From assembly GCA_050309605.1 (NCBI GenBank), contig JBNRMN010000092.1, positions 1-64,000 on the forward strand: a stretch of 64,000 bases of DNA, given 5' to 3'. The stretch's first letter is position 1. Each line of letters begins with the position of its first letter. The stretch comes from Anaerohalosphaeraceae bacterium (GTDB lineage: Bacteria; Planctomycetota; Phycisphaerae; Sedimentisphaerales; Anaerohalosphaeraceae). The notes under the pieces were generated by a model. That model saw only the letters and a program-made list of their open reading frames with translations, was not told the DNA's origin and made no database searches. Shown here one piece after another: positions 60,725 through 64,000 of the stretch. A program made the translations under genes and the position numbers.

Positions 60725-62836
60725 CTATCGTTTTTCCAGCGTCATCATGGCGTCCACGGCAATCGGTGTTGTGCCTTCGCGTCCGACGACATACGGATTG
60801 ATATCCATTTCTTTGATCTGCGGAAATTCGGTCACCAGTTGGCTCAATCGCTGAAGCCCTTCGGCGATGGCGTCGATGTCCACGGCCGGCTGGCCGTCCG
60901 AGCCGCGAAGTAAATTGTATGTGCGGGTGCGCACCAGCATCTCGCGGGCCTCTTCGGCCGTCAGCGGGGCCGGGTAAAACACCACATCTTCCAACACCTC
61001 GACCAGTTTGCCGCCCATGCCGAACATCATCAGCGGCCCGAATCGCGGATCGCGGTTCATGCCGAGAATCACTTCCCGCCCGGCCGTACACATCTGTTCC
61101 ACGCAAATACCGAGGATATTGGCCTGCGGGACTTTTTTGGGTATGCGATACATCATCAGGTCAAACACATCCATCACTTCCTGTTCGCTGTTGACGTTGG
61201 TTTTGACCCCGCCGACCTCGGTTTTGTGCAGAATATCCGGCGACCAAATCTTCAGGACGACCGGATAGCCGATCTGGTTGGCGATATTGGCCGCCTGTTC
61301 CGGCGTGGTCGCCACGCCGCCCTGGGGCACGACAAAGCCGTAAGCTTCAAGCACTTCCTTGGTTTCCATCTCGCCGACCTCAAGCTGATTGAGCCGCAGA
61401 TGCCGTTCGATAATCAGCTCCACTTTTCGCCGATTAACGTTGAACAGCTTGACGACGCGCTTGGGCCGCGACCGCCATTTGGCGTAACGGCACATAATCT
61501 TGATGGTCTTGACGGCGCTTTCGGGCGAGTCATACGGCGGCACATGACCCTGCCGCAGGATCTTGACGGCAGCGGCGACCCGACCGGCCCCCAAAAAACA
61601 CGCCAGAACCGGCTTTTTGTGTCCGGATTCGTCAACGACGCGCACGACCGCCTGGGCCGTTTCCTCGCAGGCGGTCATCGCATGGGGACTGAGCAGCACC
61701 ATCGCCGCGTCAACATTCGGGTCATCCAGCACCGCGCGAAGCGCAAACTCATAGCGGTCGGCCAGGGCGTCGCCCAGCAGATCAATCGGGTTGGCGACGC
61801 TGGCGGCACGCGACAGCTCTTCGGATAAGGCCAGACGGCTCTGGGTTTCCGGCGTAAAGACGGCCAGTTCCAGATCTTCGCGTTCGATGGCATCGGTGGC
61901 CATAATCCCCGCACCGCCGGCATTGGCGATCACCGCCACACGCGGGCCTGACGGCAGCGGCTGATACGCAAACGCCCGTGCATAATCGAACTGGTCTTTG
62001 ATGGATTCGCAGCGGACCACCCCGGCCCGCTCAAAGACGCATTCAAAAGCGCTTTCGACCTCGGCCAGTCGTCCGGTGTGTGAGGAGGCCGCCCGCGCCC
62101 CGGCCTCGGTAAAGCCGGCCTTCATCAGTAAAATGGGTTTTTGCCGGCTGATCCGCTCGGCGGCACGGATAAAGGCGTCGCCGTCAGCGATGGTTTCCAG
62201 ATAGCCGGCGATAACGTTCGTCTCGTTGTCCTCGCCCAAGGCACGAATCAGAGTCAGTTCATCGACATCGGCCTTGTTGCCGATACTGACGAGCTTGCTG
62301 AACCCCAGCCCTGTTTCCCTTGCCATATCCACAATCGCCGCCAGCAGCGAGCCGGACTGAGAAAAATAGCCGATGCCGCCGGAATTGGGCAGTGATCCGC
62401 CGAAACTGGCGTTCAGTTTGTTGGCCGGGACCATGGTACCGATGCAGTTGGGGCCGATGATGCGGATACCCGCGGATTTAGCGATACGCAATATCGATTG
62501 TTCCAGTTCCGCCCCTTCCGGCCCGATCTCCTTAAAGCCCGACGAGATAATTAAAACCGCCTTGACGCCGATATCGGCGCAATCCTGCATGATTTTAGGC
62601 ACATGCTTGGCCGCCACCACGACAATGACCAAATCAGGGGCTTGGCCGATGGATTTCAGATCGGCAAAGGCCTTCAACCCCTGCACTTGCTGATGCTTCG
62701 GATTGACGGGAAAGACCGCCCCTTCGTAGCCGTCCCGCAGCAAACCGGCCAATATCTCATAGCCGACCTTGCCTTTTTGGCAGGACGCACCGACAATCGC
62801 CACCGAGCGGGGATTAAAAAAAGCGTCCAGACTCAT
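60725..62836 (-). CDS. Acetate--CoA ligase (ADP-forming), fused alpha/beta subunits
   Basis: FFNPRSVAIVGAS, IIGPNC, SQSG, GNKAD, SSHTG, NAGG, ATP-grasp HKTEVGGV, DINP. Confidence 0.92.
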   Translation of the reverse strand: MSLDAFFNPRSVAIVGASCQKGKVGYEILAGLLRDGYEGAVFPVNPKHQQVQGLKAFADLKSIGQAPDLVIVVVAAKHVPKIMQDCADIGVKAVLIISSGFKEIGPEGAELEQSILRIAKSAGIRIIGPNCIGTMVPANKLNASFGGSLPNSGGIGYFSQSGSLLAAIVDMARETGLGFSKLVSIGNKADVDELTLIRALGEDNETNVIAGYLETIADGDAFIRAAERISRQKPILLMKAGFTEAGARAASSHTGRLAEVESAFECVFERAGVVRCESIKDQFDYARAFAYQPLPSGPRVAVIANAGGAGIMATDAIEREDLELAVFTPETQSRLALSEELSRAASVANPIDLLGDALADRYEFALRAVLDDPNVDAAMVLLSPHAMTACEETAQAVVRVVDESGHKKPVLACFLGAGRVAAAVKILRQGHVPPYDSPESAVKTIKIMCRYAKWRSRPKRVVKLFNVNRRKVELIIERHLRLNQLEVGEMETKEVLEAYGFVVPQGGVATTPEQAANIANQIGYPVVLKIWSPDILHKTEVGGVKTNVNSEQEVMDVFDLMMYRIPKKVPQANILGICVEQMCTAGREVILGMNRDPRFGPLMMFGMGGKLVEVLEDVVFYPAPLTAEEAREMLVRTRTYNLLRGSDGQPAVDIDAIAEGLQRLSQLVTEFPQIKEMDINPYVVGREGTTPIAVDAMMTLEKR

Positions 62837-63092
62837 AGATTCTCTTATCCATTCAGGGTCGTCAATGCCCGTTTTGTCGCCGATTCGAATCCATCCGGTT
62901 TTTTATATCGGGCATCCGGGCCTTTGTAAAGCGTTTTTGTCCCTTCGGTGTCGTTTTTGGGAACAATCAAACACAACGACGGCACTCTAAAAGGGTTTTC
63001 GGCGTTTAGCCGGTCTGTTGTGAAGGAATAACGCCCGATACGATCGGTCTTCGCGTGAAAAGGGAAATTTTTCTTTATTTTCATATTTTTTG

Positions 63093-63142
63093 TTGAACAA
63101 AGTGGAGCCGAATGGTAATATACGACTGAACGAATCGTACTT
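63093..63142 (+). promoter_or_regulatory. Promoter with overlapping palindromic putative Rrf2 operator
   Basis: TTGAAC-17 nt-TAATAT; palindrome TACGA-N9-TCGTA at 63121-63139. Confidence 0.55.
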
Positions 63143-63153
63143 AAGGTATTAGT

Positions 63154-63618
63154 ATGAAAATATCCAGGAAAACTGATTACGCCCTGCGCGCCTTGTTTAC
63201 GCTGGTCGAACAGTATCAGCGCGGGCCGGTTTCCATTCGTGAGCTGGCCCTCCGAAACGATGTGCCAAAGCGGTTTCTGGAGCAGATTATGCTTGAGATG
63301 AAGGTCAAAGGCTGGGTCGCCAGCGTGATGGGCAAGCAAGGCGGCTATGTGCTGGCCACATCGCCCGACGCGATCACCGCCGGCCAGGTGGTGCGCCACT
63401 TTGACGGCGTCATGTCGCCGATTGCCTGCGTGTCGGTCCATCACTACCAACCGTGCAGTCAAGAGCCGATCTGTCGGTTTCGCCGGTTGTTTCTGGATGT
63501 GCGCAATCACGCTTCGCGCCTGCTTGAATCGGCCACGCTTGCAAGCCTTTATCAGGGCAAGCCCGTCCAGCCGGAAGAAGTGTTTGCACTGGAACTGACC
63601 GGCGGGGCAGGAATCTAA
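63154..63618 (+). CDS. Rrf2-family transcriptional regulator with three Cys
   Basis: [25 protein letters not shown]-x8-C-x5-C. Confidence 0.93.
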   Translation: MKISRKTDYALRALFTLVEQYQRGPVSIRELALRNDVPKRFLEQIMLEMKVKGWVASVMGKQGGYVLATSPDAITAGQVVRHFDGVMSPIACVSVHHYQPCSQEPICRFRRLFLDVRNHASRLLESATLASLYQGKPVQPEEVFALELTGGAGI

Positions 63619-63710
63619 GCTGCTCGGTCGCGGAACAGATGAAGAACAATCACCGTCGAAACGAGAACAAACGCAGAGAAATGAATCATATTCAAGGAAA
63701 GGGTCACATT

Positions 63711-64000
63711 ATGGCGGGTTACTATCAGAACATCATTGAGTCCACCGGCGGTACGCCGCTGGTGAAAGTGAACAAGCTGATCAACGGCGCAACGGTACTG
63801 GCCAAGCTGGAAAGCCGCAATCCGCTGGCGTCAGTTAAAGACCGTATCGGCGTGTCGATGATCGAAGCGGCGGAAAAGGCGGGCAAGATCAATGACAAGA
63901 CGGTGATCATCGAGCCGACCAGCGGGAATACCGGCATTGCACTGGCGTTTGTCTGCGCGGCCAAGGGCTATCGGCTGCTGCTGACGATGCCCGAATCGAT
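63711..64000 (+). CDS. cysK: Cysteine synthase A (5' part, truncated by the window edge; not in the ORF track)
   Basis: Manual translation [19 protein letters not shown]...[16 protein letters not shown]...[12 protein letters not shown]. Confidence 0.93.
   Translation, partial: MAGYYQNIIESTGGTPLVKVNKLINGATVLAKLESRNPLASVKDRIGVSMIEAAEKAGKINDKTVIIEPTSGNTGIALAFVCAAKGYRLLLTMPES

Overview
GC-rich (roughly 58-60% by eye) chromosomal segment, most likely from a planctomycete of class Phycisphaerae. This is inferred from prepilin-type H-X9-DG proteins, Tat-exported Gfo/Idh/MocA oxidoreductases, DUF1080 proteins and tandem clpP. It is mostly housekeeping genes (clpP x2, pcm, murD, pyrF, apbE, rseP, dxr, cimA, pdxB, folP, trmB, rsmG, rimO, pgsA, folC, tkt, pfkA, cysK), plus a glycosyltransferase cluster and an exported keto-glycoside-type catabolic operon. 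I saw no rRNA, tRNA, CRISPR array, transposase or phage gene. The unexplained structure worth follow-up: (1) a standalone secreted 91-aa Cys/Gly peptide whose repeated AQYLGGGCGG motif differs only at synonymous sites, followed by a G-U-rich hairpin; (2) two tandem lipidated minimal secretins with long coiled-coil tails and no secretion machinery nearby, one carrying a ~35% GC insert; (3) a dispersed REP/BIME-like family with compensatory stem changes, always co-oriented just after a stop codon and forming ABAB arrays; (4) a second palindromic element present in-frame inside a radical SAM gene; (5) catalytic-residue substitutions in one ClpP and in the isochorismatase-family protein. All calls come from reading motifs by eye, with no database searches.
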